Source: the human T2T-CHM13v2.0 reference genome, Homo sapiens. From it: DNA of 64,000 bases. Under the pieces are notes generated by a model. The model saw nothing but the letters and a program-made list of their open reading frames with translations. It had not been told where the DNA came from and searched no databases. Shown piece after piece: positions 1 through 14,830 of this stretch; the first letter of the stretch is position 1, and every line of letters begins with the position of its first letter. The DNA lies in assembly GCF_009914755.1 (NCBI RefSeq), contig NC_060942.1. The stretch is one strand, 5' to 3'. Made by a program: the position numbers and the translations under genes.

Positions 1-1384
1 AAAAAGAGAAAGCATTGATTGAATACTTCCTTACAAAGGGCTAGTAGTCTCATTTGCCAGGCTAATAATAAGTAGTAAGGAGGATGAATTTTATCTGACT
101 TATTACCTGAAAGAAAGAGAAGCTGGCTGCAAATCCTATAGTCATCAAGCTACTGTCTTTAGAAGACTAGCGTATTGAAACTTTTTTGGGGGGCCCTTTC
201 TTTGAGTGTATATGGTATGAGAAGCTGGCAAGCTTGTGCTGAGAGTCCTGGCCATAATTCTTCGGAAATGTGAGGGTGTGGGAGGCTTCAGAGCCTCTGG
301 AGGAAGTTCTAGGCAGAGGTCAGTTGTGCTCTGGCCCGACCGCGGGCCCCCTCCCACGGAAGAGCAGAGCTAGAGGGCCCTCTGGGGACAGCAGGCCCGG
401 CGCCAGCGGTGGCCAACACCTCTCAAGCCTTTCGAGGTGTGCCGTCATCCACGCCCACCGTGGAGCCAACAGTGTCCTTCTCCCAACGCTGGAGAAACGG
501 CTAGGGCATTAGCCTCAAAGGAGATTAAGGAATTGGATTTCGTAGAGATTGGATTTCGTGCGTGCTGTCTCCCATTCAGAGGCATTCCCAGAAAAACGAC
601 TCACAAAGACCACAACAGCAGCAGAGCAGGCGAGGTCTCAGTGCCCCCAGAGCTCAGCCAGGGCGAGGCAGGACGACTTCGGGGCAGGGCTCTCCTGACG
701 TAGGGATTACAACAAAAGGGTTCATCCTGCATTTTTTGAAGGAGATGGCTAAGTAGGGTAAATCTGTGGTTAAGATCACAGACTTTGGAGTCGATTTTTT
801 CCTCCTATTTTTGCGAGTCGGCCCCCTCTTCTCTGTCCCTGCTCCCAAGGCCCCCTCACCGCGCATACTGCCACAGCCGCTCGCAGCTCCCGTGGCCCAC
901 CTCCCTCTCCTCCAGGTTGCTGCCCCCGGGGTCTTTTTGAGCACATCAGATCATCTTGCTCAGAATACCCCGTGGCTACCGCCTCTAGGATAATGCCCAA
1001 CGGCCTTGGTAGGATATTTGGTGCCACACACCCTCCAGTCTCCCCTCTAATCCCTAACCTACCTGCCTCCCCGCCCAGGGGCCCTGCTCTCTGCAGGCTC
1101 TACTGTGTCCTGGGCCCTCAGCTGAGAGACCAACCCGTCCTTCCAGGAAAATGCGAGCCTCACCAGGCAGGGTTATGCTCCCGCCCTCCTCCTTGTAATT
1201 ATTACCTGACCCTCTGCCTCCTGCAACGCCAGGGCTGGAGGACAGGCTGGCCCTTATTCCTATGGGCACTGGCCAACATCCAACGCCTGGGACATAAACT
1301 GCACCCAATGGTATGTGAACTGTACTTTACAGTTTGCACGGTGTGTTCTGGTATTTGCTAAATCTTCACACATGCTCAGGTGGC

Positions 1385-1690
1385 AGTACGTTTTAATGAT
1401 ACAGGCGAGGGAACTGGGGCTCAGAAAGGTCTAGTGCCTTGCGCATGGGAGACTCAAGTGGTAGAACCGGTGGCCGGGCTCAGGGCTCTGAGCGGAAAGC
1501 CTGCAGGACTCGGAATCCTGAAGACCTGGGTTTAAACCCGCTCAGCTAGGGACTGGGTGAGGCATCGCAGGCAAGTGACTTCACCTCCCAGCGCCGGTGC
1601 CCTAGTCTTCACCGAAGACAGCAATTCCAATCTGGGACTGTGGTGAGGCTTAAATAAAACACTGCTCAGTAAGTGGCCAGCAGGCCTGGC
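1385..1690. mobile_element. MIR fragments
   Basis: MIR-like motifs gaactggggctcagaaagg and agacctgggtttaaaccc...ggcaagtgacttcacctc. Confidence 0.55.
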
Positions 1691-2618
1691 TCGCAGCCGG
1701 AACTATAAATGTGAGTTCCCTTTCTGACCCCCAGCTTTGGCGAGGGCTCCTCCTGTTTGGGCAGCAGCTCCTCCTGAGCTCCCGAGGCCACGGGGGTGCC
1801 AACTGTGGAGCGCCCGCCGTGCCGTTTAGACGCGAGAGCTGCGTCGGGTACCAGCGATCCTTAAAGGAGCTCGGGGACCAGGGGCACAGCTTGGAGAGGA
1901 CAGCGAGGGAGGTGACTGGCCTCGGGGAGGCGGGCGGCGGATGGAGAGGCATGAGGGGGGTGTTGTCAGCCGCGGCACACGCCTTCCCCAAGTGGCCGGC
2001 GCCGCCCCTTGCCACCACTTCACCTCCGCCTCTTCCCTTCCTCCCTAGCTCCTGGCAGCGTCTCTAGGGCCTCAAAAAGCAAGGAGGGTCCCCGGGCAGC
2101 GAGGCCCCATGGATCCAGCCTGCGCCTGCTCCCAAGGGCGCGCAGGTCCCGCCCCTGCCGGGCGCCCGCCCCCCGGGGAGCGCAAGCCCCCGCCCCTTCC
2201 CTCGCCCCTCCCCTGCACGGCGCCGGCTGGCTGGAGGCGGGGCATGCGCACGGGCCTGGGCGAGGGCGCTGGGCGGCGGGGAGGTGGGGCGCGCGCGTGC
2301 GGCTTCTCTCAGCCGGGAGCGGCGGGGGCGGGCACGGGCAGCAGCGGGCCGGCGGTGGGCGGGGAGCGGGACGCGGGAGCCGGGCGCGCGCCGCCAGCGC
2401 CGCCGCGGCACCGGTGACCGCGAGCCCGGAGCGCGAGGTCCGGGGATGCGAGCGGCCGGGAGCCGCCGCGCTGCTGAGCCGGGAGAACTCGATCCGCGGT
2501 GACCTCAGCGAGGGGCGAGCGCGGCGGCGGCGAGCCCCGCGGGAATCCTCGGGGCCGGGGTGCGGGGGGCGGGGACGGCGGGAGCGCGGGGCGCAGCCCG
2601 GGCGGGGCTGGGACAGTG

Positions 2619-2735
2619 ATGAGAGAGCGCGCGGGGAGGCTGCACGCCGCCGCCGCCGCCGCCGCCGCCGCCGTCGTCGTCCGGAGCATCTGCTGCCTGA
2701 GCTGCTGCCGGCGGACCCGGCCATGGAGACACTGA
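2619..2735 (+). other. Upstream ORF (38 aa, [10 protein letters not shown]9[20 protein letters not shown]) overlapping the main ATG out of frame
   Basis: ATG at 2619 (G at -3), stop at 2733-2735; translation itself not shown. Confidence 0.5.
2646..2681 (+). repeat. (GCC)9(GTC)3 trinucleotide repeat in the MTCL1 5' leader
   Basis: Read directly; ends 41 nt before the ATG at 2723. Confidence 0.97.
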
Positions 2736-3775
2736 ACGGCCCTGCGGGCGGAGGTGCCCCGGACGCGAAGCTGCAGCCGCCCGGCCAGCACCACCGCCAC
2801 CACCACCTCCACCCGGTGGCCGAAAGGCGGCGGCTGCACCGTGCGCCCTCGCCCGCCAGACCCTTCCTCAAGGACCTGCACGCCCGGCCCGCCGCGCCCG
2901 GCCCGGCCGTCCCCTCCTCGGGCCGAGCCCCGGCGCCCGCCGCCCCGCGCTCGCCCAACCTCGCGGGCAAAGCGCCGCCCTCGCCGGGGTCCCTGGCCGC
3001 GCCCGGCCGCCTCTCTCGGCGCAGTGGCGGCGTCCCGGGCGCGAAGGACAAGCCCCCGCCGGGCGCCGGGGCCAGAGCGGCGGGCGGTGCCAAGGCTGCC
3101 CTGGGAAGCAGGAGGGCGGCGCGCGTGGCGCCCGCGGAGCCGCTGTCCCGGGCTGGGAAGCCTCCCGGAGCCGAGCCGCCGTCTGCCGCTGCCAAGGGCC
3201 GCAAAGTCAAGCGCGGCTCCCGGGCGCCACCCGCCCGCACCGTCGGCCCTCCGACCCCGGCCGCCCGGATCCCTGCCGTGACCCTCGCGGTGACCTCGGT
3301 GGCCGGGTCCCCGGCCCGCTGCTCGCGCATCAGCCACACGGACAGCAGCTCCGACCTCTCTGACTGCCCCTCCGAACCCCTGTCCGACGAGCAGCGCCTG
3401 CTCCCTGCCGCCAGCAGCGACGCCGAATCCGGCACGGGCTCCAGCGACCGTGAACCCCCACGAGGAGCGCCGACGCCGAGCCCCGCAGCCCGAGGAGCGC
3501 CGCCGGGCAGCCCCGAGCCCCCAGCGCTCCTCGCCGCGCCCCTCGCCGCGGGCGCCTGTCCCGGGGGCCGGAGCATCCCGAGCGGGGTTTCGGGGGGTTT
3601 CGCGGGGCCCGGCGTGGCGGAGGATGTCCGGGGGCGCTCGCCACCGGAGCGACCAGTCCCCGGGACCCCCAAGGAGCCCAGCCTGGGCGAGCAGTCTCGG
3701 CTCGTGCCAGCGGCGGAGGAAGAAGAGCTGCTGCGGGAGATGGAGGAGCTGCGCTCGGAGAACGACTATCTCAAG
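2723..3775 (+). CDS. MTCL1: MTCL1 long-isoform coding exon 1 (351 aa, [10 protein letters not shown]...RSENDYLK); basic Pro/Ala/Arg-rich N-terminus leading into the first coiled coil
   Basis: ATG in strong Kozak context (GCCATGG) within ORF 2009-3931; ends at AAG|gtgagc donor, phase 0; joins in frame to the exon at 15487; protein recognised as MTCL1/SOGA family. Confidence 0.9.
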
Positions 3776-6244
3776 GTGAGCCGCGCCTCGGCCGCAGGTG
3801 TCCCGGGGCGCCCCCGGAGGGCCTGGCTGCGGCGGGGACCCGCCAACCCCTCCTTCCCGGGCCTGTCCAGCACCTTCTCCCTCCTGCTCTCCACGGTCCT
3901 ACCCCCGCATTGTCAGGCATTGGCAACTTAAGCCCAAACTTCTGGAAGGAGAAGCAAGACCTGTGGGACCCCGCCAGTTCGCAACCCACTTCTCTTTTCT
4001 CGCGTCTAGAACTCTTGCGTCTCTTCGCTGATACTTTTACTTTTGTTGACCTGTTGGGGCAGAGGAGGCTGTAATCGTTTTGGGGACATCAGCGGACGCC
4101 CCCATCCCCGCTCAGAACGTGCCAGCCTCACCTGTAGGAACAGGTGATCCTTCGCCAGGGAGCTCTAGCCGGGCCACGTGCGGGCGTGGCGGTTCAGGAT
4201 AATGCCACTGGAGGGCCCCCGGCTACGGACCCGCTTGCCCCTTCTCCTGCAATTACGGAAAGAGCTGGGGGCTCTCAGGGTCTCCTGGGCTCCGACATCC
4301 CGGGTAGAGGGGGCCGCGCCGTTTTCGGTGAGCAAGCTGAAGCTCAGTAGAGGTCCTTGGAGTGTGGCCCGGGTTGAGGAGCAACGGTGTTGCGCGGGCC
4401 AGTCCTTTGTAAGCATCCAGGAGCCGGCTTTCTGTGTCAGGAGAGGCCACGCCAGCACTTTCTAAGGAATCGCGGCGCCTGCTGCACTCTCTGAGTATTT
4501 TCCGGCAGGGCCTGCGGGCAGTGGCGTCTTAGTCGCCTTAGCACTGGGTGCTTAATCCGGCTCCATCTTTTCTCCACGGAGGGGGCCTGGTGCTGCAGAC
4601 GGGGTTCCCGGGGTCAGGACGATCCAGGTGACTTGAGAGAAAATAAGGGGAGTTGTATTGACAGCAACTGTTTTATTTATTGTAATCTTCAGGTTAGTAA
4701 ACAACTCCAGTGGCATCAATCTGTGTATCTGTTAAGTCTTAATGAGCAGCCAACCAAACCCAGGGGTGTGGCCCTGCTTCTTCAGTGGGTTATGTGATTT
4801 GAGCTGTTTTCTCAGCAAATGATGAGCTAACCAATACGGGCCCAGTTTTTGGCTAGTGAGATTGAGGATTGGGCTTTAAGGTGCATGGTGGTGAAGTCTG
4901 CAGTTCACACGGAAATCAGAGCACATTAACTGCTGGGTGATCTCAAGCCTAAATTTCTTATGGAGCTGCTCCAACCAACTGAGCCTTGTGGTTATTTTAC
5001 TTTGTGCAAGAAGTAACAGTGAGGCAGAGAAAGAGAGGTGATAAAAGAAAGATTGGGACTTAAAGCAAGATATTTCAGATAGTATGTTTGTTTTTGTCAC
5101 TTACTCTTAGGTAATAGACAACGGAGTGAAGTTCAAAGGCAACTATGTTGTGGGTGACTCCATCATGAAAGCAGCTCTTTTGTAAATCTTCAACAAATGT
5201 AAGCTCCCTGAGGGTGACCAAGATAATCTTGTTGTTTTTGTATCCCTGGCTCTTAGCATAACCCCTGACTTACTTTCTGATTGAATGATGTTTATCCAAA
5301 TGACTGCTGTGCAAGGGAAAATTGTGTTTCTTTAAAGAAGTTTCTCATTGCATCTTTGATCTTAAGGTAGGCTATCCATCATTTTGAAGTTCATTCTTGG
5401 TGCAACTGGTTATTTCCTTTATTTTTTCCCAATGAATGAAATGTGTCTGAGCCTGGAGTCTGATATAGTGTATTTGCTATTTCACTGGATCTTCCCAACA
5501 AACATAGGGTGGTGGTGGTGGTATCATGATCATAACTAGTATTTCACAGACGGAGATGCTGAGAACCTAAAACAGAAGTGACTTGGCCAAGGTCATAGAG
5601 TGAGTAAGAGGTGGCACCTGCGTTTCCCCAGAGCCTCTGCCCATTTTACTGCACCGGGATGCAGCCCTATTTCCAGCGAGGCTGCTTTCCTCCGAGCACA
5701 CTGCTTCTGAGTTGTTTTCGTAGCTCAAAATGTTCCTTGTGGTGAGCTTTTCTAGGGGCCCTCTGTTTTCTTTTCAGGTGAGAGGGCCGTCATGCCCGTC
5801 TCTCCACTAGCCTGTGTACGAATGGTCACATAAATCCCACTGCCAGTGTTTCAGTTGTGGGGACTGTTCAGTTGCCATTTACTGTGGAGAAGGTGTCACT
5901 TGCATCCGTTTACTCTGCCTGAGGCCACCTCCCCACTGTTCCTCCGACAGCAGGGGAGAGAAGAGGGTTGTGAAGGAGGCTAGCAAACCAGATGATTGCG
6001 TGTATGCATGTGAGGTACTCATTTGGCCACTCAGAAGCTTAAATGACAATAGTTCAATTCGGGAAGGAAACGCAGGGATCCTAATGGACTTTTCTACAGG
6101 TCGTGGAGCCTGCCCACATGTGCAAAATTGGGCCCAGAGCTTCAGGGACCCCCTGTGGCAGAGGCAGTAGTCATGCCTTTGCAGTGGTGGTTAGCGTGTG
6201 CCCTTTATAAATCAAAACTTCTCTTTTTGTTATTTTCAGGGGTA

Positions 6245-6556
6245 TTTTTTCCGTTTTTTGTGGTTTTTTTTTTGAAGGGATGGTCTTGCTCCGTGGCCCA
6301 GGCTGGAGTGCAGTGGCATGATCATAGCTCACTACAACCTTGAACCCGTGGGCTCAAGTGATCTTCCTGCCTCATCCTGATAAGTAGCTGGGACCACAGG
6401 AACACACCACCAAGCTGGGCTAATTTTTAAATTTTTTTATAGAGACAGGGTCTGGCTATGTTGTCCAGGCTTGTCTTGAACTCCTGGCTTCAAGTGATCC
6501 TCCCTCCTTGCCCTCCCAAAGTGCTAGGATTACAAGTTTGAGCCTCTGTGCCTCGT
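6245..6556 (-). mobile_element. Alu (AluJ-like)
   Basis: T tail then reverse-complement Alu arms; diverged. Confidence 0.92.
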
Positions 6557-6856
6557 GGGGTACTTTTTAAAGAGGGTAGATAAAAGTACGTCCTTGACCT
6601 GCTGCTTTGTTAGGGAGCACTGCACAGAACTAACTCTCAGGATTAGGTATAGCATTCATCTATTCCAATGTATCTGATAAGAGGCTCGGCCCACAAATTT
6701 TACGTTGCTATATTCTGGAGCATTCCAAGTAAGTGCTGTCATCATTGTTGTACAAGACTGTGACAGTTTCTGAACTAGAATGACCAAAGCCCAATTCAAT
6801 AGAAAAATAAGTCCAGCAAAACCTTAGGAGGATATTCTTCGGATCAGGACATTTAA

Positions 6857-7222
<366 letters not shown>

Positions 7223-7506
7223 TAGTCAGTGTCAACAGAGAAGCGGACACCTTGTGTTGTGCTGTAACAGAGCAAATTTGGTCGTCCCTGACTCTGCTTT
7301 CTGTTCCTTCTCCACCTTCATCAAATGGTGCCTGGGTGACTAGGTGAAAAATGCAAAATCAATCCAGGTAGCTGGCTTTTGTGTGAAAACACAGACAGAA
7401 AAGCACTCTTGTTGTCCTTTGACCTCTGATAAACTCAAATACATTTGGAAGTATTCAGAAATTCAGGTGAGCACTTCAGTTATCCAAAGGCCTGGGCTTC
7501 TCATAA

Positions 7507-8923
<1,417 letters not shown>

Positions 8924-10857
8924 AATGCTGAGGACTTTGGTAAAGCGCTGGTGTGTTCCTTCCCTGCCAGGCTGCCAAGACTGTGTTTTGCTCGAGTGCT
9001 CGGAGACAGTCAGACAAGCCGGAGTGCTCGTTGTCAACATATTAATTATGTTCTCTGTTTCCACAGGCTTTTCAGGAGGATTTAATCAGTTGGCATTTAT
9101 GAGCCTATTTTGAAAATGCTTTTAGCAGCCATAACCCCACACCTCCCCCACCCCCAAATAGTGTCCTCTTGCCATGCTGACCTCCTGCAGGGTGGGTGAG
9201 GATTGGGGTGGGAAGAGCTGTTTCTTTTTGCTTTGCTTTGCTTTCTCAGTTATTTCATAGGAAATATTTTTCTGTTAAAAGAAAACAAGTTGGTGCTAGA
9301 TACAAGGGCAGAGAAAATTGGCTTCTTGGAGAGGAATGATTTCCTAAGGGAGAGGTTGAGTTTTGGTTTTATAGGTTGCAGTGTCTCACTGCTGATCCAA
9401 GCTTACCATCCTGCTTCTCATTGGAGTTAGCCTTTTGAGTTTCAGGCCCTGACCTGGTTTTTGACATTTGGCAGCTGGGCTGCCCAGATGCCGGGTGCTC
9501 AGTGTGGCCTGGGGGTGGAGGGGCACTTGGAGAGGAGCGCAAGCAGTGCTCTGTAGCTGAGGTGTCTCAGCGCCTCCTTGCTCCCCGCCTCCTCCTCCTT
9601 TCTCTTTCAGAAGGGTTAACATGGACAGTATTCCCCATTCTTTCCTGACATTCGCTGTCCATACCCACTCTGTATTCAGCCACTGAAAGAGTGGCTATGA
9701 TCATTTTCAGTGGCAGTTAATGTAGACAAGGGCTGCGGCCACCAGCTGCTGGCTGGACCATCACCTGGTAGACAGTGGGAGTCGCCCTGCACCTCCTTAG
9801 TTACAGCTGGGACTCTTGGAGAACATTTCCCTTGTCTGGAGGGAAATGAGGTGGATTATTCGTATGTTACAAAAGACAGTAGTTTCTGTCTGCCCAGAAG
9901 ATAGAATTATTGCAGCAGTAGCCAGAGGACTCCTTCTACCATCCAAACTGGGTCTATTTAAAGAGGAGGTGCTAAAATAGAGATAGTTACTGATTTTGGG
10001 TATTTAAAAGAGATTAAGATTTTCATATAGTTATTAACATGATTAAGAGTTTTCATCACTTATACTAAGAAGCCATGGATTTGACTTTTATTATATATTC
10101 ATGGATAAAACTATCCTTTTAGAGGTTTTCATTAAAACATATAATTTTAATCTTGGTTTACTCTAGTGCACACCTGGTACCTCATTATTCCTCTAATTTG
10201 AGATACATGATAAGGCTTGATTTGTCAGCCACAGGCAAAGGGGAATAGTCGACTGGACTTCACAGTACTTCAAGATTTCGTTTTATATACAAAACTTTAA
10301 AAAGGTATTTAATTAAAACTAGCTTTTCAATGAGATAATGATTTAATACTTAAGTATCCTCCAGACTTGATGTTAATTCAGTAAAAAACTATTAAGGACA
10401 GCTTTTTCTTATTTCCGTGTATAAAAAGACAACAGCGATTTTCCAATTTTATGTACTATCTCTAAATTACACCTGTCAGAAACATCATATGCTCTGCTCG
10501 ATTTGGTTTACTTAAATTTTTAGTTGGCAGATGTCATTAAGGTTCTGCAATACAGTTTTCTAAATTGGAGCATGCCGTCAGAAAATTAATGTAATGTTAG
10601 TTTGAAAATCACTATCCATCATGACCCTAATTCCAGTAATCATAGTTTTTGCTTTTCAGATGGCTGCTGCCAGCTTACATGGTTTATAATTTGCTTGTCT
10701 TTAACTTCTTTTCACTGAACCTGAAAATTACTTTTTTCTAGGCTCTCTGGGAAGAGTTGAAACACTGGCCCTGGTCCTATTGCTGCAGCAGACCAATAAT
10801 GGTGGAAAGCCATTTATACTTTTAGAATCTCAGTTTCCTCGTTTTAAAGATGGGAGT

Positions 10858-11017
10858 ATTAGCCAGGCATGGTGGCATGTGCTTGTAATCCCAGCTACTC
10901 AGGAGGCTGAGGCAGGAAGATCACTTGAGCCCAGGAGCTCAAGGTGGCAGTGAGCCATGGCTGCACCACTGCGCTCCAGGTTGGGTCACAGAGTGAGACT
11001 CTGTCTCTTTAAAAAAA
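10858..11017 (+). mobile_element. Alu right-arm monomer (FRAM/AluJ-like)
   Basis: agccaggcatggtggc...gagactctgtctc plus A tail. Confidence 0.88.
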
Positions 11018-11244
11018 GCGGGGAAGGGGCACGGATATCTTTACCGCACGTTGCAGTGTCTTCCTAAGAACCAGTTGCCCTAATGGATATGCTTTGTGTC
11101 GTCACTTGTCGAGCTGTAAATGTTAGGCTGCTTTTTTTGTTTTACACTGATGGTGGACTTTTAAAAGTACAATTGAAGGTCTGTTATTGTTTCATTTGTC
11201 CAGGTTGAAGCAAATAATTTATGGTATTTACTCGAAAGAGTGTG

Positions 11245-11415
11245 TGATTGAAAGCAGACAGGCCTGGGTTTGCAGTGTGGCTTCAATTTACTAGATGTGA
11301 AGCTTTGGACACAGGTAACTAGCCTCAGTTTTGTTTTTTTGTCTATCAACTGCATAATGTGTTCCTGACAGGGTTATTGTAGGGTTAGTAATGAGGGTGA
11401 GGTGCTTAATAAACG
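11245..11415 (+). mobile_element. MIR
   Basis: agcagacaggcctgggttt...gcctcagttt...cagggttattgtaggg. Confidence 0.65.
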
Positions 11416-11484
11416 ACGCCTGTTCTGTAAATTTAGGTAAAATATGAATTATAAGAGCAGTGATTTAAATACATGCCGTTATGG

Positions 11485-12160
<676 letters not shown>

Positions 12161-14146
12161 CCTAATTTTATTTGCAGTACAACTAATGTTGGTGATTATT
12201 TGTGCCAAAAAATATTGCTATTTACATCTGGTCTGCTCAATGATGTGGAGGTGTGGGTGCATCTAGCCCTTGAACAGTTTTCATAGCCTGTAACATCTGT
12301 ATGAAAATGCAGCATTTAACATTAGGGTGGATGTGGGCTCTCCAGTTGCAAAGTCTGAAAGCTAGAGACATTTTATACCTGGAAGCTGTATCTTGCATCT
12401 TAGGGCTATATTGCATTTTAAAAACTTTTGTCTTAGTTGCCGATAATCCCAGGCATTAATGACTTTGGCAGGCTTTCTGGAAAGAAAAGCAATCACAAAC
12501 CATTCTTTCCATGAACAGAATGGCCAGAGTCACTGTATATTTGTATGTGTGGATATACATGTACATATACATATACAGATATTGACTTAGTGTTGAACAT
12601 TTAGTGATTATTGCTTGTATTGAACTGATTTGTATTAATGACTCAGTGAAACAATTAACCTCTTTACTCAGAAACAAGCATTGCGGTTAGGTTCTTTCTC
12701 AAAGTCTGATCCATTAGTTTCATGGATGGGGTGTGAATCAAACTTGACGTTGATTTTTGAAGATTCAGAACTAACTTCCCACTCTATCGAAAGAGTGACA
12801 ACCACAAGGCTCATTTTAAAGCTTTCAGTCTCCAGTTGACCTCCTCTAGGAGTGGGTAGTGCAGGGGCACAGCTCCCATAGGGCGTCTTCAAAGCCTCAG
12901 TGATCAGGCATCAGTAACAACCTCCTGTTTGTGGAAGGTTTGCAGAAGGTTGTCAAGCACTGTCCTGAAAGAGCTGTGTTCTCTGGTCCCCTGAAGAGCC
13001 CAAACCACCCATTCTGTTTATGTGTGTTCAGCTGATCAGCTCCTATGCTCAGTCCAATAACTTCCAGTTCCAGCAGATCTTCCCACAAGGACCAGGATTT
13101 ACCAGGAGAGATTTCCATGGAGGAAAAAAGAAATGAAACTTGGTTACGAGTTCACAACATTTTCAGTGTTAAGATTGATCTTTCTTAAGACACATTAGGA
13201 CATCTTATACTTTTAATATTTTCATCATTGGTATAGAAATTCTGTAGGAGCACTTAGGAGCCAAGAAGAAGAACATTTTATGCATTTGACTACTGGGAAG
13301 TTGGTGAAGGTTTCTTCTTTAACATCTGTTCTCCTTGGTAGCCTATTGAAACAGGCTCCAGATGAGTCCTGGTCAAGTGAGTAGCTCATTCTCTTGATGG
13401 GATAGTGTAGGCAGAGTGGAGAGAACCTACATGCTGGATTGGGGGATGAGTTGCCGTATCTGTGCCCTTTCCAGTAGACCATTGTGTGCAGGTAAGGTTG
13501 ACCGAAGCATCATCATCACCCCATTTTGTGCCAACCCTTATTTTTCCATAAGGATTCACATTTTTATTTGTTGTGTTTCTTGTACTTAATCTTACCTAGG
13601 ATAAACACATCTTCAGGAGATTTCTTTTTGTTCATTTTTTTTTTTTTTTTTTTGTCTGAGGCTCGGATGTTGGGCACCTTGTTCTTTATTGTTAGTCAAT
13701 TCCTGTTTTTAAGAATAAATACAGGATTAGCATGAGTGGTAAAAATCCAGGAACAAAGGGAATAGCAGGACGAGAATGGACAATTAGGGTGTCTGAGTAT
13801 AGGAGAGATTTTTTTTTCTTGAACCTTAATATTAATTGAATAAAGTAAATGGGAATAACTGAGTGCATGCTATTCTGGAGGCATCTGAAACTATCAATTA
13901 TGAAACTAGTCAAGAAAATCCCTAGAATGTTTCCTTAATCTTCCTCCTTCCAAATTGTTCCTCCTTTAAATCTTGTGTAACCCTTCAGTAGAGTGAATAT
14001 CTCATACCTGCAGCTACATCTGTGGGTTTGGGAAGAAGCTTTCATCACTGGGCTGCAAGACTGGAACAAAGCGAGCGTGCAGTTGTGTCTGATGTTAGTC
14101 GCCTTTCTGACTTGGTGTTTGTAAGTGTTCACTGGCGCACCTGTGT

Positions 14147-14830
14147 ATTCATTCAGCAATATTTATTGAGGACCTACCGTGTGCTCCATGCTGCTCGGGA
14201 TGCAGAGAGGAGAAAGACAGACAAACTTGCTCCCCTCTGAAGCTTACCTTGTTAGTGTAGGTGACAGACAGTAAGTAGGAAAAAATACCAATACTATTAG
14301 ATGGCACTCAGAGGTGGGAAGAAAATAGAGCCAGCAAGAGACTAGAGACTCGGGCTGATGAGGGTGGCCAGGGGAGGCTTTGCATGACGTCAGATTATAT
14401 GATGGAATGAGCTCTGCAGAGATCTGGAGCGGGGAGTGTTTTCAGAAGTGGGAATAGCAGGCGAGGTCTTGAGGCCTGAAGAAGCAAAGGTGCGAGCAGT
14501 CTCAGACCCTGTGCTAGTCGTGGGCAGGGAGGGAGTGTGGCCAGGAGGCCTGGAAAGAAGGAAGCCCCTGGAGGGTTTGAGTAGGGAGTGAGGTGGTCTG
14601 ATTTGCACATTAAAAGGATTACTCTGCTGGGTGGGGGACAGACTGTAGGAGGATTAGAGGGCCAGCTGAGCAGTGGGCACCTGTGTGTCTCCACTTACAT
14701 CTGTGTGTGGCTCCCCTCCCCCAGGGATGGAGGCCTGGACCAGGGTGATCCATCCGGAAGGGGCGCAGCTCTGGCTGAGGGCTTGGCTGTAGAATGGGAG
14801 GGGAGGGGGAGCCAGGAATGAAATGACTCC
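14147..14830 (-). mobile_element. L2 fragment (3' end)
   Basis: attcattcagcaatatttattgaggacctaccgtgtgc is the reverse complement of the L2 3' terminus, followed by typical purine-rich L2 body. Confidence 0.8.

Larger units (their letters stand above)
1750..4620. promoter_or_regulatory. CpG island / TATA-poor promoter and 5' end of MTCL1
   Basis: Very high GC and CpG density; several GC boxes (CCCGCCCC near 2148, 2165, 2190); NRF1-like GGGCATGCGCA at ~2240-2250; boundaries approximate. Confidence 0.9.

Noticed and set aside
2009-2722. In-frame open extension upstream of the MTCL1 ATG
   Set aside because: No in-frame ATG, and it extends into the promoter; non-AUG initiation cannot be supported from sequence
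2020-3672. 550-aa and 342-aa antisense ORFs over exon 1
   Set aside because: Stop-codon scarcity in extremely GC-rich DNA; low-complexity products, non-ATG starts
13636-13830. Poly-T with a minus-strand AATAAA ~31 nt away, possible processed insertion
   Set aside because: No convincing TSD or recognisable parent
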